A stretch of 32,000 bases of DNA from Paracoccus suum (GTDB lineage Bacteria; Pseudomonadota; Alphaproteobacteria; Rhodobacterales; Rhodobacteraceae), in contig NZ_CP030918.1 in the NCBI RefSeq assembly GCF_003324675.1, positions 1,950,001 through 1,982,000 of the forward strand, written 5' to 3'. How positions within the stretch are numbered: position 1 is the first letter of the stretch; every line of letters starts with the position of its first letter. The notes under the pieces were generated by a model that was given only the letters and a program-made list of their open reading frames with translations, ran no database searches and was not told the DNA's origin. Below, piece after piece: positions 1 to 9,277 of this stretch. Made by a program: the position numbers and the translations under genes.

Positions 1-1080
1 GGCCCCGGCCTCGGCCATGATGACGAGCAGCCGCTCGGCCGAGGCGCGATCCGCCTCGACCGGCGTGGCGATACCCAGTTTTGCGGCAAAGCGGGCTAGC
101 CATTCGGCCTCGTAGACGGCCGGAAAGCTGTGGACGGCGCGGGTCGCCGCCTCGATCGCGGCATCCTGATCGCCCATCAGCGGGATGAGGCATGTCGCGA
201 ACTGCGCCAAGTTCCAGACCGCGATCTGCGGCTGGTTGATCCAGGCATAGCGGCCGTTGCGGTCGATGGACGAGAACACCGTCTCGGGGTGGAAGGCGTC
301 CATGAAGGCGCAGGGGCCGTAATCTATGGTCTCGCCAGAGATCGCCATGTTGTCGGTGTTCATCACGCCATGGATGAACCCTAGGGCCATCCAATGCGTG
401 ATGGTGCGCGCCTGCGCCGCGATCACGGCGTTCAGCAGGCCGAGGGGGCCGTCCGCATCGGGATAGTGCCGCGCGATGACGTGATCGGTCAGGGCCCGCA
501 GCGCCTCGGTATCGCCGCGCACGGCAAAGAACTGGTAGGTGCCGACGCGAATATGGCTCGCGGCGATGCGGGTCAGGATGGCGCCGGGCAGGGGCGTCTC
601 GCGGTAGATCGTCTCGCCGGTGGCAACGGCGGCGAGCCCGCGCGTGGTCGGAACGTCCATGGCGGCCATGAATTCGGACACTAGGTATTCGCGCAGGACC
701 GGGCCGAGCCACGCCTTTCCATCGCCCATGCGCGAGAAGGGCGTACGGCCCGAGCCCTTCAGCTGGACGTCAAAGCGCGCGCCATCGGGTGCCACCACCT
801 CGCCCAGCAGCATTGCGCGCCCGTCGCCAAGTTGCGGGACAAAGCCGCCGAACTGGTGCCCGGCATAGGCCTGCGCCAGCGGCGCCGCACCCGGTGGCAT
901 GGCGTTCCCGGACAGCATCGCCAGTCCCTCGGGACCGGCCAGCCAGTCCACGTCGAGGCCCAGACGCTCGGCGAGAGGGCGGTTCAGCGCGATGAGCTCG
1001 GGCGCGGGGACGGTGTCGGGGGTGCCCCTCGCGAACATCCGCCCCGGCAGGCGGGCATAGCTGTTGTCAAAGCGGATCAT
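1..1080 (-). CDS. selO: Protein adenylyltransferase SelO/YdiU family (UPF0061). About 360 N-terminal codons are present; the 3' end runs off the left edge of the window.
   Basis: Absent from the supplied ORF track because there is no stop inside the window. My own - strand translation from the ATG at 1080..1078 reads [20 protein letters not shown]... and, where I checked codon by codon (both ends and around 340..390), stays open to position 1. It includes ...[17 protein letters not shown]([14 protein letters not shown]), the SelO hallmark motif. The + strand ORFs at 130..1116 are Arg/Gly-rich shadows. Confidence 0.85.
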   Translation of the reverse strand, partial: MIRFDNSYARLPGRMFARGTPDTVPAPELIALNRPLAERLGLDVDWLAGPEGLAMLSGNAMPPGAAPLAQAYAGHQFGGFVPQLGDGRAMLLGEVVAPDGARFDVQLKGSGRTPFSRMGDGKAWLGPVLREYLVSEFMAAMDVPTTRGLAAVATGETIYRETPLPGAILTRIAASHIRVGTYQFFAVRGDTEALRALTDHVIARHYPDADGPLGLLNAVIAAQARTITHWMALGFIHGVMNTDNMAISGETIDYGPCAFMDAFHPETVFSSIDRNGRYAWINQPQIAVWNLAQFATCLIPLMGDQDAAIEAATRAVHSFPAVYEAEWLARFAAKLGIATPVEADRASAERLLVIMAEAGA

Positions 1081-1213
1081 GGCATCCTTGTCCCGCAGGC
1101 GGTCCTTCACATCTAGGGACGCCGGTCGGGATGCAAAAGCCCCGCGGGCGCGCCGTCCGCCACCCGCCGCGGCCGCAGCGGGCTGCGACAGGGCGGGCGC
1201 GGGGGATGCGGCG

Positions 1214-2062
1214 TCAGCCGGCGAGGCGGGCCCGTTCGGCCGCGCGGGCGGCGACGCGGGTGCGGATCGAATCCACATCCGCGACCGGCGTCGCTGCGAA
1301 CAGCTTTTGCGTGTAAGGATGCTGCGGCGCAGAAAAGATCGCGTCGCGGCTGGCGTCCTCGACCACCTCGCCCTTCCACAGCACCATCACTTGGTCGGCC
1401 AGGTAGCGGACCACGGACAGGTCGTGGCTGATGAAGACATAGGTCAGGTTGAACTCGTCCTGCAGGTCCTTGAGCAGGTTCAACACCTGCGCCTGCACCG
1501 ACAGGTCGAGCGCGCTGACCGGCTCGTCCAGCACCAGCAGGGCCGGGTTCAACATCAGCGCTCGCGCGATGGCGATCCGCTGGCGCTGCCCGCCCGAGAA
1601 CATGTGCGGAAAGCGGTTGTAGTGCTCGGCCTTCAGCCCGACGCGTTCGAGCATAGCCATGGCGCGGCGGCGACGCTCGGCCTCCGGCACGCCACCCTGC
1701 AGGCGCAGCGGCTCTGTCAGGACCTGGCCGACCTTCTGGCGCGGGTTGAGGCTGCCATAGGGATTCTGGAACACGATCTGCACGGCCGAGCGCATCTTGC
1801 GGGTGATGCTGCCGTGATTGATGTCGACCGGCTGGCCCTCGATAAGCAACTGCCCCTCGGTCGCAGGATCGATAAGGGTGATGATCCGCGCCAGGGTGGA
1901 CTTGCCGCAGCCGCTCTCGCCGACGACGGCGAGGGTCTTGCCGCGCTCGACCTTGAAGTCGATGCCCTTCAGGGCGCGGACGGCTTTTTTCTGACCGAAC
2001 AAGCTGCCGCCGGTGACGTAGTCACGCACCAGTCCGCGGCCTTCGACGACGATATCGCTCAT
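1214..2062 (-). CDS. dppF: Dipeptide ABC transporter ATP-binding protein DppF (short form, 282 aa)
   Basis: Track ORF 1214..2425 trimmed to the ATG at 2062..2060, which overlaps the dppD stop (ATGA). Starts [11 protein letters not shown]. Walker [10 protein letters not shown], signature FSGGQRQR, Walker B LLVLDEP, QHPYTQ motif. Confidence 0.85.
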   Translation of the reverse strand: MSDIVVEGRGLVRDYVTGGSLFGQKKAVRALKGIDFKVERGKTLAVVGESGCGKSTLARIITLIDPATEGQLLIEGQPVDINHGSITRKMRSAVQIVFQNPYGSLNPRQKVGQVLTEPLRLQGGVPEAERRRRAMAMLERVGLKAEHYNRFPHMFSGGQRQRIAIARALMLNPALLVLDEPVSALDLSVQAQVLNLLKDLQDEFNLTYVFISHDLSVVRYLADQVMVLWKGEVVEDASRDAIFSAPQHPYTQKLFAATPVADVDSIRTRVAARAAERARLAG

Positions 2063-2898
2063 GACTGGCCCTCCGCGGCCATCAACTCGTCCACGGTCGG
2101 CAGCCGCTCGCCAGTGGCGTTCTCGGGCAGGGCGGCCAGCAGGGCGCGGGTGTAGGCAGTGCCGGGATGCTCGAACAGGGTCAGAACGTCGGCTTCCTCC
2201 ATCTTGCGGCCGCGATACTGCACGACCACGCGGTCGGCCGTCTCGGCCACCACACCCATGTCGTGGGTGATCAGGATCAGCGCCATGCCGCGCTCGGCCT
2301 GCAGTGCCATCAGCAGGTCCAGGATCTGCTTTTGGATGGTCACGTCCAGCGCCGTGGTCGGCTCGTCCGCAATCAGCAGACGCGGCTCGCACGCGATGGC
2401 CATGGCGATCATGACCCGCTGGCACTGGCCGCCCGACATCTGGTGAGGATAGCTGCCAAGGCGCGTTTCCGGCTCGGGGATGCCGACCTGGGTCAGCAGC
2501 TCGACCGCGCGCGCCCGCGCGGCCCGACCCTTCAGGCCGAGGTGCTGGCGCAGCACCTCCTCGATCTGAAAGCCGACGGTAAAGCTGGGATTCAGCGAGG
2601 CCATCGGCTCCTGAAAGATCATGGCGATGTCGCGGCCGATGATGGCGCGGCGCTCGGCCGCGGTCATGGTCATCAGATCGCGCCCGTCAAAGGTCATACG
2701 GTCGGCGGTGACCGTGGCCGAATCCGGCAACAGACCCATCACCCCCAGCATCGAGACCGACTTGCCCGACCCGCTCTCGCCCACGATGGCGAGGACTTCG
2801 CGGGAATCGACCGACACGTCGATGCCATCGACCGCAAGGAACGGGCCCGCGGCGGTGTCGAAGGCAACCCGCAGGTTGCGAATATCCAGCAGCGCCAT
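2059..2898 (-). CDS. dppD: Dipeptide ABC transporter ATP-binding protein DppD (short form, 279 aa)
   Basis: Track ORF. Walker A GESGSGKS, signature MSGGQCQR, Walker [14 protein letters not shown]-loop ITHDMG. Lies 4 nt downstream of dppC. Confidence 0.85.
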   Translation of the reverse strand: MALLDIRNLRVAFDTAAGPFLAVDGIDVSVDSREVLAIVGESGSGKSVSMLGVMGLLPDSATVTADRMTFDGRDLMTMTAAERRAIIGRDIAMIFQEPMASLNPSFTVGFQIEEVLRQHLGLKGRAARARAVELLTQVGIPEPETRLGSYPHQMSGGQCQRVMIAMAIACEPRLLIADEPTTALDVTIQKQILDLLMALQAERGMALILITHDMGVVAETADRVVVQYRGRKMEEADVLTLFEHPGTAYTRALLAALPENATGERLPTVDELMAAEGQS

Positions 2899-2902
2899 GG
2901 CG

Positions 2903-3814
2903 TCAGCTCCGCTTCAGTTTGGGATCGAGCGCGTCGCGTAGCCCGTCGCCCATCAGGTTGATCGCCAGCACGGTGATCAGGATGGCGAGGCCGGGCAGGG
3001 TGACCACCCACCAGGCGCGCAGGATGAACTCGCGCGCTTCGGCCAGCATGGTGCCCCATTCGGGTGTGGGCGGCTGTGCGCCCATGCCCAGAAAGCCCAG
3101 TGCCGCCGCATCAAGGATCGCGCTGGAGAAGCTGAGCGTGGCCTGCACGATCAGCGGCGCGAGGCAGTTCGGCAGGATGGTGCGGAACATCAGCCACAGG
3201 GGACCCGCGCCGGCGACGCGGGCGGCGGTGACATATTCGCGGTTCTTCTCGGCCAGCACCGCGGCCCGGGTCAGGCGCGCAAAGTGTGGTTGCAGCACCA
3301 GGGCGATGGCGATCATCGCGTTGGTCAGGCCCGGTCCCAGGACCGCGACCAGCACCAGGGCCAGCAACAGCGAGGGGAAGGCCAGGATGATGTCCATCAC
3401 CCGCATGGCGACGGCATCGACCCAGCCGCCGAAATAGCCGGCCAGAAGGCCGATGATGACCCCGCCCAGCAGGGCCACGCTGACAACGACGACGCCGATG
3501 AACAGCGAGTAGCGGGCCCCGAACAACAGGCGGGACAACATGTCCCGGCCGACGGCGTCGGTGCCCAGCAGGAAGTCTGCGCGTCCGCCCTCGGTCCAGG
3601 CGGGCGGCAGCAGGATGGCGTCGCGGTACTGCAGCGTCGGGCTGTGCGGCGCGATCATCGGGGCCAGGATGGCCAGCACGACCAGCAGGGCAAAGACGAC
3701 CAAGCCCAGCACGGCGCCGCGGTTGGTGGCGAAATAGTACCAGAACTCGCGCAGGCTGTGGCGCCAGCCACCGCCGCCGGGAAGGTCGGCTACGATATCG
3801 ACGGAATCGGTCAT
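2903..3814 (-). CDS. dppC: Dipeptide ABC transporter permease DppC
   Basis: Track ORF of 303 aa. The N-terminal [18 protein letters not shown] resembles E. coli DppC (LQEFWHYFKRNKGAV). Multi-TM BPD_transp_1-type permease in operon context. Confidence 0.85.
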   Translation of the reverse strand: MTDSVDIVADLPGGGGWRHSLREFWYYFATNRGAVLGLVVFALLVVLAILAPMIAPHSPTLQYRDAILLPPAWTEGGRADFLLGTDAVGRDMLSRLLFGARYSLFIGVVVVSVALLGGVIIGLLAGYFGGWVDAVAMRVMDIILAFPSLLLALVLVAVLGPGLTNAMIAIALVLQPHFARLTRAAVLAEKNREYVTAARVAGAGPLWLMFRTILPNCLAPLIVQATLSFSSAILDAAALGFLGMGAQPPTPEWGTMLAEAREFILRAWWVVTLPGLAILITVLAINLMGDGLRDALDPKLKRS

Positions 3815-3827
3815 GGCGGTCCCCCTT

Positions 3828-4835
3828 TCAGCGGTGCCGGATGCGCGGATTGATCAGTCCGTAGAGCAGATCGACCAGCAGGTTGACGACCATGATGATG
3901 ACCGCAATCAACAGAAGCCCGCCCTGGACCACCGGATAGTCGCGACGGCTGATGGATTCGACCATCCACTTGCCGATGCCGGGCCAGCTGAAAATGGTCT
4001 CGGTCAGGATCGCGCCGGCCATCAACACGCCGACCTGCAGGCCGATGGTGGTGACGACCGGGATCAGCGCATTGCGCAAGGCGTGCAGGCCAACCACGCG
4101 GCGGGGCGGCAGGCCCTTGGCGCGGGCGGTGCGCACGTAGTCCTCGCCCAGAACCTCCAGCATGGCGCTGCGGGTCTGGCGGGCGATGACCGCGAGCGGA
4201 ATGGTCGCCAGCACGATAGTCGGCAGGATCAGGTGCGAGGCGGCCGAGGTGAAGGCCCCTTTCTGCCCCGACAACAGGCTGTCGATCAGCATGAAGCCGG
4301 TGACGGGCGGGAAGAAGTACATCAGCGAGATGCGCCCCGACACCGGCGTCCAGCCGAGCGTGCCTGAGAACAGGATGATCAGCAGCAGGCCCCACCAGAA
4401 GATCGGCATCGAATAGCCGACCAGTGCGGTGCCCATGGTGACCTGGTCGAACCAGCTGCCGCGCTTGATCGCGGCCAGAACGCCGGCAGGAACGCCGATC
4501 ACGGTCGCGAGGATGATGGCACAGACCGCAAGCTCGATGGTCGCCGGGAACAGGGCCAGGAATTCTGTGAGCACCGGCTTCTTGGTAACCAGCGAGACGC
4601 CAAGATTGCCGTGCAGCAACTGCCAGACGTAGTCGAAATATTGCGTCGGCAGCGAGCGGTCAAAGCCGAGTTGCTCGCGAACGGCGGCGTAGCGTTCGGG
4701 CGACATGCCGCGCTCGCCCGCCATCAGCAGGACCGGATCACCCGGCAGCACCCGGACAAAGCCAAAGGCGACGATTGTAATGCCGATCAAGGTCGGCACG
4801 AGATAGGCGATACGCCCGAGGATGAAACGGATCAT
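3828..4835 (-). CDS. dppB: Dipeptide ABC transporter permease DppB
   Basis: Track ORF 3828..4904 trimmed to the ATG at 4835. MIRFILGRIAYLVPTLIGITIVAFGF..PGDPV..MAGERGMSPER ... LTETIFSWPGIG ... RRDYPVVQGG ... INPRIRHR is collinear with E. coli DppB as I recall it. Confidence 0.88.
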   Translation of the reverse strand: MIRFILGRIAYLVPTLIGITIVAFGFVRVLPGDPVLLMAGERGMSPERYAAVREQLGFDRSLPTQYFDYVWQLLHGNLGVSLVTKKPVLTEFLALFPATIELAVCAIILATVIGVPAGVLAAIKRGSWFDQVTMGTALVGYSMPIFWWGLLLIILFSGTLGWTPVSGRISLMYFFPPVTGFMLIDSLLSGQKGAFTSAASHLILPTIVLATIPLAVIARQTRSAMLEVLGEDYVRTARAKGLPPRRVVGLHALRNALIPVVTTIGLQVGVLMAGAILTETIFSWPGIGKWMVESISRRDYPVVQGGLLLIAVIIMVVNLLVDLLYGLINPRIRHR

Positions 4836-4915
4836 GCGGCCATCATGGGTGGAGGAAAAGCGCGGGCCGCGCCGGGGTTTGACCCCCGAGGCGCGGCCCG
4901 CCAAGGATCATCTGA

Positions 4916-6526
4916 TCATTCGGCGATGTCGACGGTGTCGAACGCGTGGCTGCCCAGCGGGCTCATGATGTAGCCCGAAACCTTCTTGGACATCGGCAGC
5001 ACCACGGTCGAGTGGGCCAGCGTATCCCAGGGCGCCTGATCCTTGAAGATCACCTGCGCCTGTTCATACAGCTTGGTGCGCTCGGCTGTGTCCGAGGTCT
5101 GCTTGGCTTTTTCCAGCAGGTCGCTGAATTCCTGGTTGCACCAGAAGGCGCGGTTCGCACCGCCCTCCTTGGCGCCGGCGCAGGACAGCAGCACCGACAG
5201 GAAGTTGTCCGGATCGCCGTTGTCGCCGGTCCAGCCGAGGATCACGGCGCCGTCGCGGCCGGGCTCCATCGATTTCTTGAGGTATTCGCCCCATTCGTAA
5301 CTGACGATCTCGACCTTGACGCCGACCTTGCTCAGGTCCTCCTGCATCATCTCGGCGACGCGGCGGGCGTTGGGCATGTAGGGGCGCTGCACCGGCATCG
5401 CCCAGATCTTCATCGACAGGTCCTTGACGCCGGCTGCTTCAAGCGCGGCCTTTGCGGCCTCGGGGTCGTATTTGTCGTCCTCGATTGCGTTGTTGTAGGA
5501 CCACATGGTCGGCGGGATCGGGTTCTTGGCGACCTCGCCCATGCCCTGGAACACCGCGTCGACGATGGCCTGCTTGTTCATCGCCATGTTGAGGGCCTTG
5601 CGGACCTCGGGTTTGTCGAAGGGCGGGGTCTCGGTGTTGTAGGCGAGATAGGCGACGTTCAGACCGGGCTGCTCCATCACCGTCAGGTTCGGATCGGCCT
5701 TCAGCGCGGCGATGTCCGCCGGTGCCGGGAACGGCATGATGTGGCACTCGCCCGCCTGCAGCTTTTGCAGGCGCACGGCGGCATCGGTGGTGATCGCAAA
5801 GACCAGATCATCGACCTTGGCCGGCGTGCCCCAGTACTCCGGGTTCTTCTGGTACCGGATCACGGCGTCCTTCTGGTAGGCCACGAACTTGAACGGGCCC
5901 GTGCCGACCGGCGCGCTGTTGAGGTTTTCCTTGGTCCCCGCCTTGTCGAGGCTGTCGGCGTATTCCTTGGACTGGATCGAGGCGAAGTCCATGGCGAGGT
6001 TCGCGAGGAACGGCGCCTCGGGATGGTTCAGCGTGAACTTGACCGTCATGTCGTCGACCTTCTCGATCGACTTGATGAGCGAGGCCATTTCCATCGAGTT
6101 GTAATATTCGAAGGTCAGTCCGGGGATGTACTGGTTCCACGGGTTCTTCGCATCGCCCTGGCGCTCGAACGAGAAGACGACGTCGTCCGCCGTCAACTCG
6201 CGCGTGGGGGTGAAGTAGTCCGTGGTGTGAAATTTGACACCGGGACGCAGCTTGAAGGTGTAGGTCAGGCCGTCCTCGGAGACTTCCCAGCTTTCGGCGA
6301 GGGCGGCTTCGACCTCGGTCGTGCCCTTCTTGAACTCGACCAGGCGGTTGAAGATGGGGCGCGAGGTGGCATCAAAGGTGGTGCCGGCGGTGTAGGCGGC
6401 CGGGTCGAACCCTTCCGGCGAGCCTTCCGAGCAATAGATGAGGGTCTTGGCGGCGGCCGATCCGGCAAAGGCGGTGGCTGCGGCGATGGCGAGCAGCGAC
6501 GTGGCAGCGAAGTTCGCGAGTTTCAT
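4916..6526 (-). CDS. dppA: Periplasmic dipeptide-binding protein DppA (family-5 SBP)
   Basis: Track ORF 4916..6607 trimmed to the ATG at 6526, preceded by a GGGAGGA RBS (complement of 6531..6537). Signal peptide MKLANFAATSLLAIAAATAFAGSAAA. The mature N-terminus KTLIYCSEGSPEGFDPAAYTAGTTFDATSRPIFNRLVEFKKGTTEV closely matches E. coli DppA (KTLVYCSEGSPEGFNP...). Confidence 0.9.
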   Translation of the reverse strand: MKLANFAATSLLAIAAATAFAGSAAAKTLIYCSEGSPEGFDPAAYTAGTTFDATSRPIFNRLVEFKKGTTEVEAALAESWEVSEDGLTYTFKLRPGVKFHTTDYFTPTRELTADDVVFSFERQGDAKNPWNQYIPGLTFEYYNSMEMASLIKSIEKVDDMTVKFTLNHPEAPFLANLAMDFASIQSKEYADSLDKAGTKENLNSAPVGTGPFKFVAYQKDAVIRYQKNPEYWGTPAKVDDLVFAITTDAAVRLQKLQAGECHIMPFPAPADIAALKADPNLTVMEQPGLNVAYLAYNTETPPFDKPEVRKALNMAMNKQAIVDAVFQGMGEVAKNPIPPTMWSYNNAIEDDKYDPEAAKAALEAAGVKDLSMKIWAMPVQRPYMPNARRVAEMMQEDLSKVGVKVEIVSYEWGEYLKKSMEPGRDGAVILGWTGDNGDPDNFLSVLLSCAGAKEGGANRAFWCNQEFSDLLEKAKQTSDTAERTKLYEQAQVIFKDQAPWDTLAHSTVVLPMSKKVSGYIMSPLGSHAFDTVDIAE

Positions 6527-6852
6527 ATGTTCCTCCCAGAGCGACGGGCGCACCGGCCACCTTGCTCGATGGCCTGATGACGAGTTGGTGAGCAGCACTA
6601 TCGTCATGACAGGCTACAGTACAACCGTCTAGACGGCTGGCGGGCATAGCGCCGTCGCGGCAGGCTGATTTGAGTGAACGGGGCATGAACGCCGGGCATT
6701 TCGCTCGTGAATCATGCACGGAAGTCGGCGGTCCGAGTCGTCGCTGAACCGCGTTTGGCACGCCCCCGCCCTGTAATCGTTTACATCACGCGACCGCGCG
6801 GGTGCGTGCGCGCGCAAGCGTAATGGCTTTATCGAGGCCCGCTTCTGCCCCC

Positions 6853-7419
6853 TCAGCGGCCCGCATAGACGGCCGCCCAGAAGCTGGTCTTGCCGTCCGC
6901 ACCAATTGCCCGCCCGAGGGCGAAGTCGCGCACATCGGGGCGCATGATGTTGGCCATGTGCCCGCCCGATCGTGACCATTCGGCCAGCACCTGCGGCAAG
7001 GTGAACCGGCCGGCGGCGATGTTCTCGGCTGCGACCCGCGAATTGTAGCCGTTGGCGCGCAGCCTTGCGCCGGGCCCGGAACTGCGACCGCCCCGGTGGG
7101 TCATGGTGCCACGCCGCGCCATCTCGCAGGCATGGGCGTCGGCGATGGCCTGCACCTGCGGCTGCGGGCGTAGCGGTGCAAGGCCGCGCGACGTGCGCAC
7201 CGCGTTGGTCGCCTGCAGCGCCATCGCCGCCTCGCTGGGTGACAGTGGCGCGCAATGGGCGCTGCCTTGGGTCAACAGCATGATGTCGCCATGCCCGTCG
7301 GTCTGGACATAGCGGCCCGGCAGGTTTGCCACCGCGGCGGTGCGGGTGGCAGCCGTGGGCCCGTCGGTGCAGGCGGCGAGCGTTGGCAGCAGCAGAAAGG
7401 AAAGGCGAGCAAGGTGCAT
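6853..7419 (-). CDS. CAP/SCP (PR-1-like, YkwD-type) domain lipoprotein
   Basis: Track ORF 6853..7449 trimmed to the ATG at 7419. MHLARLSFLLLPTLAAC carries a lipobox (LAAC). The C-terminal half has CAP-domain-like motifs (NAVRTSRGLAPL, AHACEMARRGTMTH, ENIAAG, W..S.GH..N). Confidence 0.7.
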   Translation of the reverse strand: MHLARLSFLLLPTLAACTDGPTAATRTAAVANLPGRYVQTDGHGDIMLLTQGSAHCAPLSPSEAAMALQATNAVRTSRGLAPLRPQPQVQAIADAHACEMARRGTMTHRGGRSSGPGARLRANGYNSRVAAENIAAGRFTLPQVLAEWSRSGGHMANIMRPDVRDFALGRAIGADGKTSFWAAVYAGR

Positions 7420-7577
7420 GGGGGTCGGCCCTTGGCGAGTAGGGACCACCGACGAGACGGGAGTTCAAAGCGCTGCACAACCGACAGATGTATAGCCTAT
7501 GTGAAAGCGGCTGCTTTGCGCCGGGGAGGGGGCGGTAAAACGGCAAAAGCGCGCAGCGTGAAAACTTGGTGTCAAAA

Positions 7578-7599
7578 TTGTCAACAATCCAGTTGACAA
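7578..7599. promoter_or_regulatory. Perfect inverted repeat TTGTCAAC-N6-GTTGACAA. Candidate operator overlapping a TTGACA -35-like hexamer at 7593..7598.
   Basis: Read directly from the sequence: ttgtcaac aatcca gttgacaa. It ends 47 nt upstream of the SBP start at 7647. The same octamer recurs at 18276..18283 next to the GntR gene. Confidence 0.55.
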
Positions 7600-7646
7600 C
7601 ATTCGGGTGCGGAGTCGATGGTTCCTCTAACGCGGCAAGGGGGAAC

Positions 7647-9212
7647 ATGATGCGCGCGACGGCGATTGCTTTGGCACTGGGACTTACGGCACTGCCGGTC
7701 GCGGCCTCGGCCGAAAACGTGCTGCGCTGGGGGAGCGCGCGCGACATCTTTTCGCTCGATCCCTATAGCTATGGCTCGACCTCGAACCTGGCGTTCCTGA
7801 ACCATATCTACGAAGGCCTCGTGCGCTACACGCCCGAATTCGAGGTGGTCCCGGCGCTAGCCGAAAGCTGGGAGTTCGTGGCGCCCGACACCTGGCGGTT
7901 CAAGCTGCGGCCGGGGGTCAAGTTTCAGGACGGCGCCGATTTCAGCGCCGATGACGTGATCGCCTCGATGGCGCGGGTCAGCGATCCGGCCTCGCCGCTG
8001 CGCGGGAACATCCCGACCTATGTCTCGGCGAGCAAGATCGATGATCTGACCGTCGATCTGAAGGTCACCTCGGCCAATCCGCTGTTCCTGAACGACATGA
8101 CGAACATCTTCATGTTCGACGCCGGCTGGCTGACCGCCAACAACGCGACCGCGCCGACCGACGTCGGTGCCAAGGTCGAGGGTTACGCCACCCACAACAC
8201 CAACGGCACCGGCCCTTTCAAGCTGGAAAGCCGGGTGCCGGACAGCAAGACCATTCTGGTCAAGAACGAGGGCTGGTGGGACAAGCCGCTCCATAACCTC
8301 GACCGGATCGAGTTCACGCCGATCACCTCGGCCGCGACCCGCGTTGCCGCCTTGCTGTCGGGCGAGATCGACCTGACCGACGGCGCGCCGCTGCAGGATC
8401 TTGACCGGCTGCGCAACACCACGCCTGTCAAGGTGATCGAGGGCGCCGATCTGCGCACCGTGAACATCGCCTTCAATCGCAAGGAAAAGCTGGCGGACGG
8501 CCGCGACAATCCGTTCAACGACCTGCGCATGCGGCGGGCCATGGACATGGCCATCGACCGCGAACTGATCAACAAGCGGATCATGCGCGGCATGGCCCAT
8601 GTCGCCGGCACGCTGGTTGCGCCGACCATCCCTGGCTACGACGCGGCGCTCGACACACCAACCGCATATGACCCCGACGGCGCCAAGAAGCTGCTGGACG
8701 AGGCCGGGTTGGCGGGCACCCCATTCACCTTCGTCTGTGCGAACGATGAATACGTGAATGCCGAGGATGCGTGCCAGGCGATTGTGTCCATGCTGACCAA
8801 GGTCGGGCTCAAGCCGACGCTGGATCTGGGTCCGCGCGCGGTGCAGACGCCCAAGCGCTCGTCCGGGAATGCCGACATGTTCCTGATCGGCTGGGCGAAC
8901 GAGCCGACGCTGGATACCTATTCGATGCTGGCGCAGGTGCTGTCGACCCGCGAGGGCGCCTCGGGCGTCGCCAACGATGGCGGCTGGTCCTATCCCGAAC
9001 TCGACGCGATGACCAAGGAAGCCAGCGTCACCATGGATCGCGACGCGCGTCTGGCGCTGGAAACCAAGGCGCTGAAATACGCCAAGGACGAGTTGATCAT
9101 GCTGCCGCTTTGGCAGCAGCCGATGGCTTGGGCGACCACGGACAAGGTGGCCGATGTCGTGGTGCGGCCCGACAACAAGCCGCGCCATTGGCTGACCCGG
9201 ATGGCCGACTGA
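7647..9212 (+). CDS. ABC transporter substrate-binding protein, family 5 (peptide/opine/nickel type), copy 1
   Basis: Track ORF 7566..9212 trimmed to the ATG at 7647 behind an AAGGGGGA RBS. Signal peptide MMRATAIALALGLTALPVAASA. SBP_bac_5-type motifs (LRPGVKFQDGADFSADDV, GTGPFKLES). Confidence 0.85.
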   Translation: MMRATAIALALGLTALPVAASAENVLRWGSARDIFSLDPYSYGSTSNLAFLNHIYEGLVRYTPEFEVVPALAESWEFVAPDTWRFKLRPGVKFQDGADFSADDVIASMARVSDPASPLRGNIPTYVSASKIDDLTVDLKVTSANPLFLNDMTNIFMFDAGWLTANNATAPTDVGAKVEGYATHNTNGTGPFKLESRVPDSKTILVKNEGWWDKPLHNLDRIEFTPITSAATRVAALLSGEIDLTDGAPLQDLDRLRNTTPVKVIEGADLRTVNIAFNRKEKLADGRDNPFNDLRMRRAMDMAIDRELINKRIMRGMAHVAGTLVAPTIPGYDAALDTPTAYDPDGAKKLLDEAGLAGTPFTFVCANDEYVNAEDACQAIVSMLTKVGLKPTLDLGPRAVQTPKRSSGNADMFLIGWANEPTLDTYSMLAQVLSTREGASGVANDGGWSYPELDAMTKEASVTMDRDARLALETKALKYAKDELIMLPLWQQPMAWATTDKVADVVVRPDNKPRHWLTRMAD

Positions 9213-9277
9213 TCGCCGTTTCCCCACCCAAAGCTTCAAGCCGGCGCCAGACCGGCCCATCCTGACAGGAGAGCCCT

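Noticed and set aside
130-1116. A series of short + strand ORFs (84-96 aa) at the left end of the window
   Set aside because: They lie opposite an uninterrupted - strand frame encoding a SelO/YdiU protein with hallmark motifs. They are shadow ORFs.
1135-1150. Possible terminator downstream of dppF (- strand GCCC-GCG-GGGC followed by TTTT)
   Set aside because: The stem is only 4 bp with a 3-nt loop, which is too weak to call from sequence alone.
1214-2425. Long N-terminal extensions in the track for several genes: dppF 403 aa, dppB 358 aa, dppA 563 aa, first SBP 548 aa, second amidohydrolase 539 aa, flavin reductase 312 aa, purS 135 aa, zeta-like 159 aa, Hcy methyltransferase 356 aa
   Set aside because: The extensions are Arg/Pro/Gly-rich and overlap the preceding gene. 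They also precede internal start codons that have good RBSs, signal peptides, or start/stop overlaps typical of translational coupling. Those internal starts give family-typical protein lengths.
6756-6771. TGGCAC-containing sequence resembling a sigma-54 -24 element; a second TGGCAC occurs at 27952..27957
   Set aside because: Neither has a correctly spaced GC (-12) element: GC is one nt too close at 6768, and the second case reads gccg instead of TTGC. The first one also faces no downstream + strand gene.
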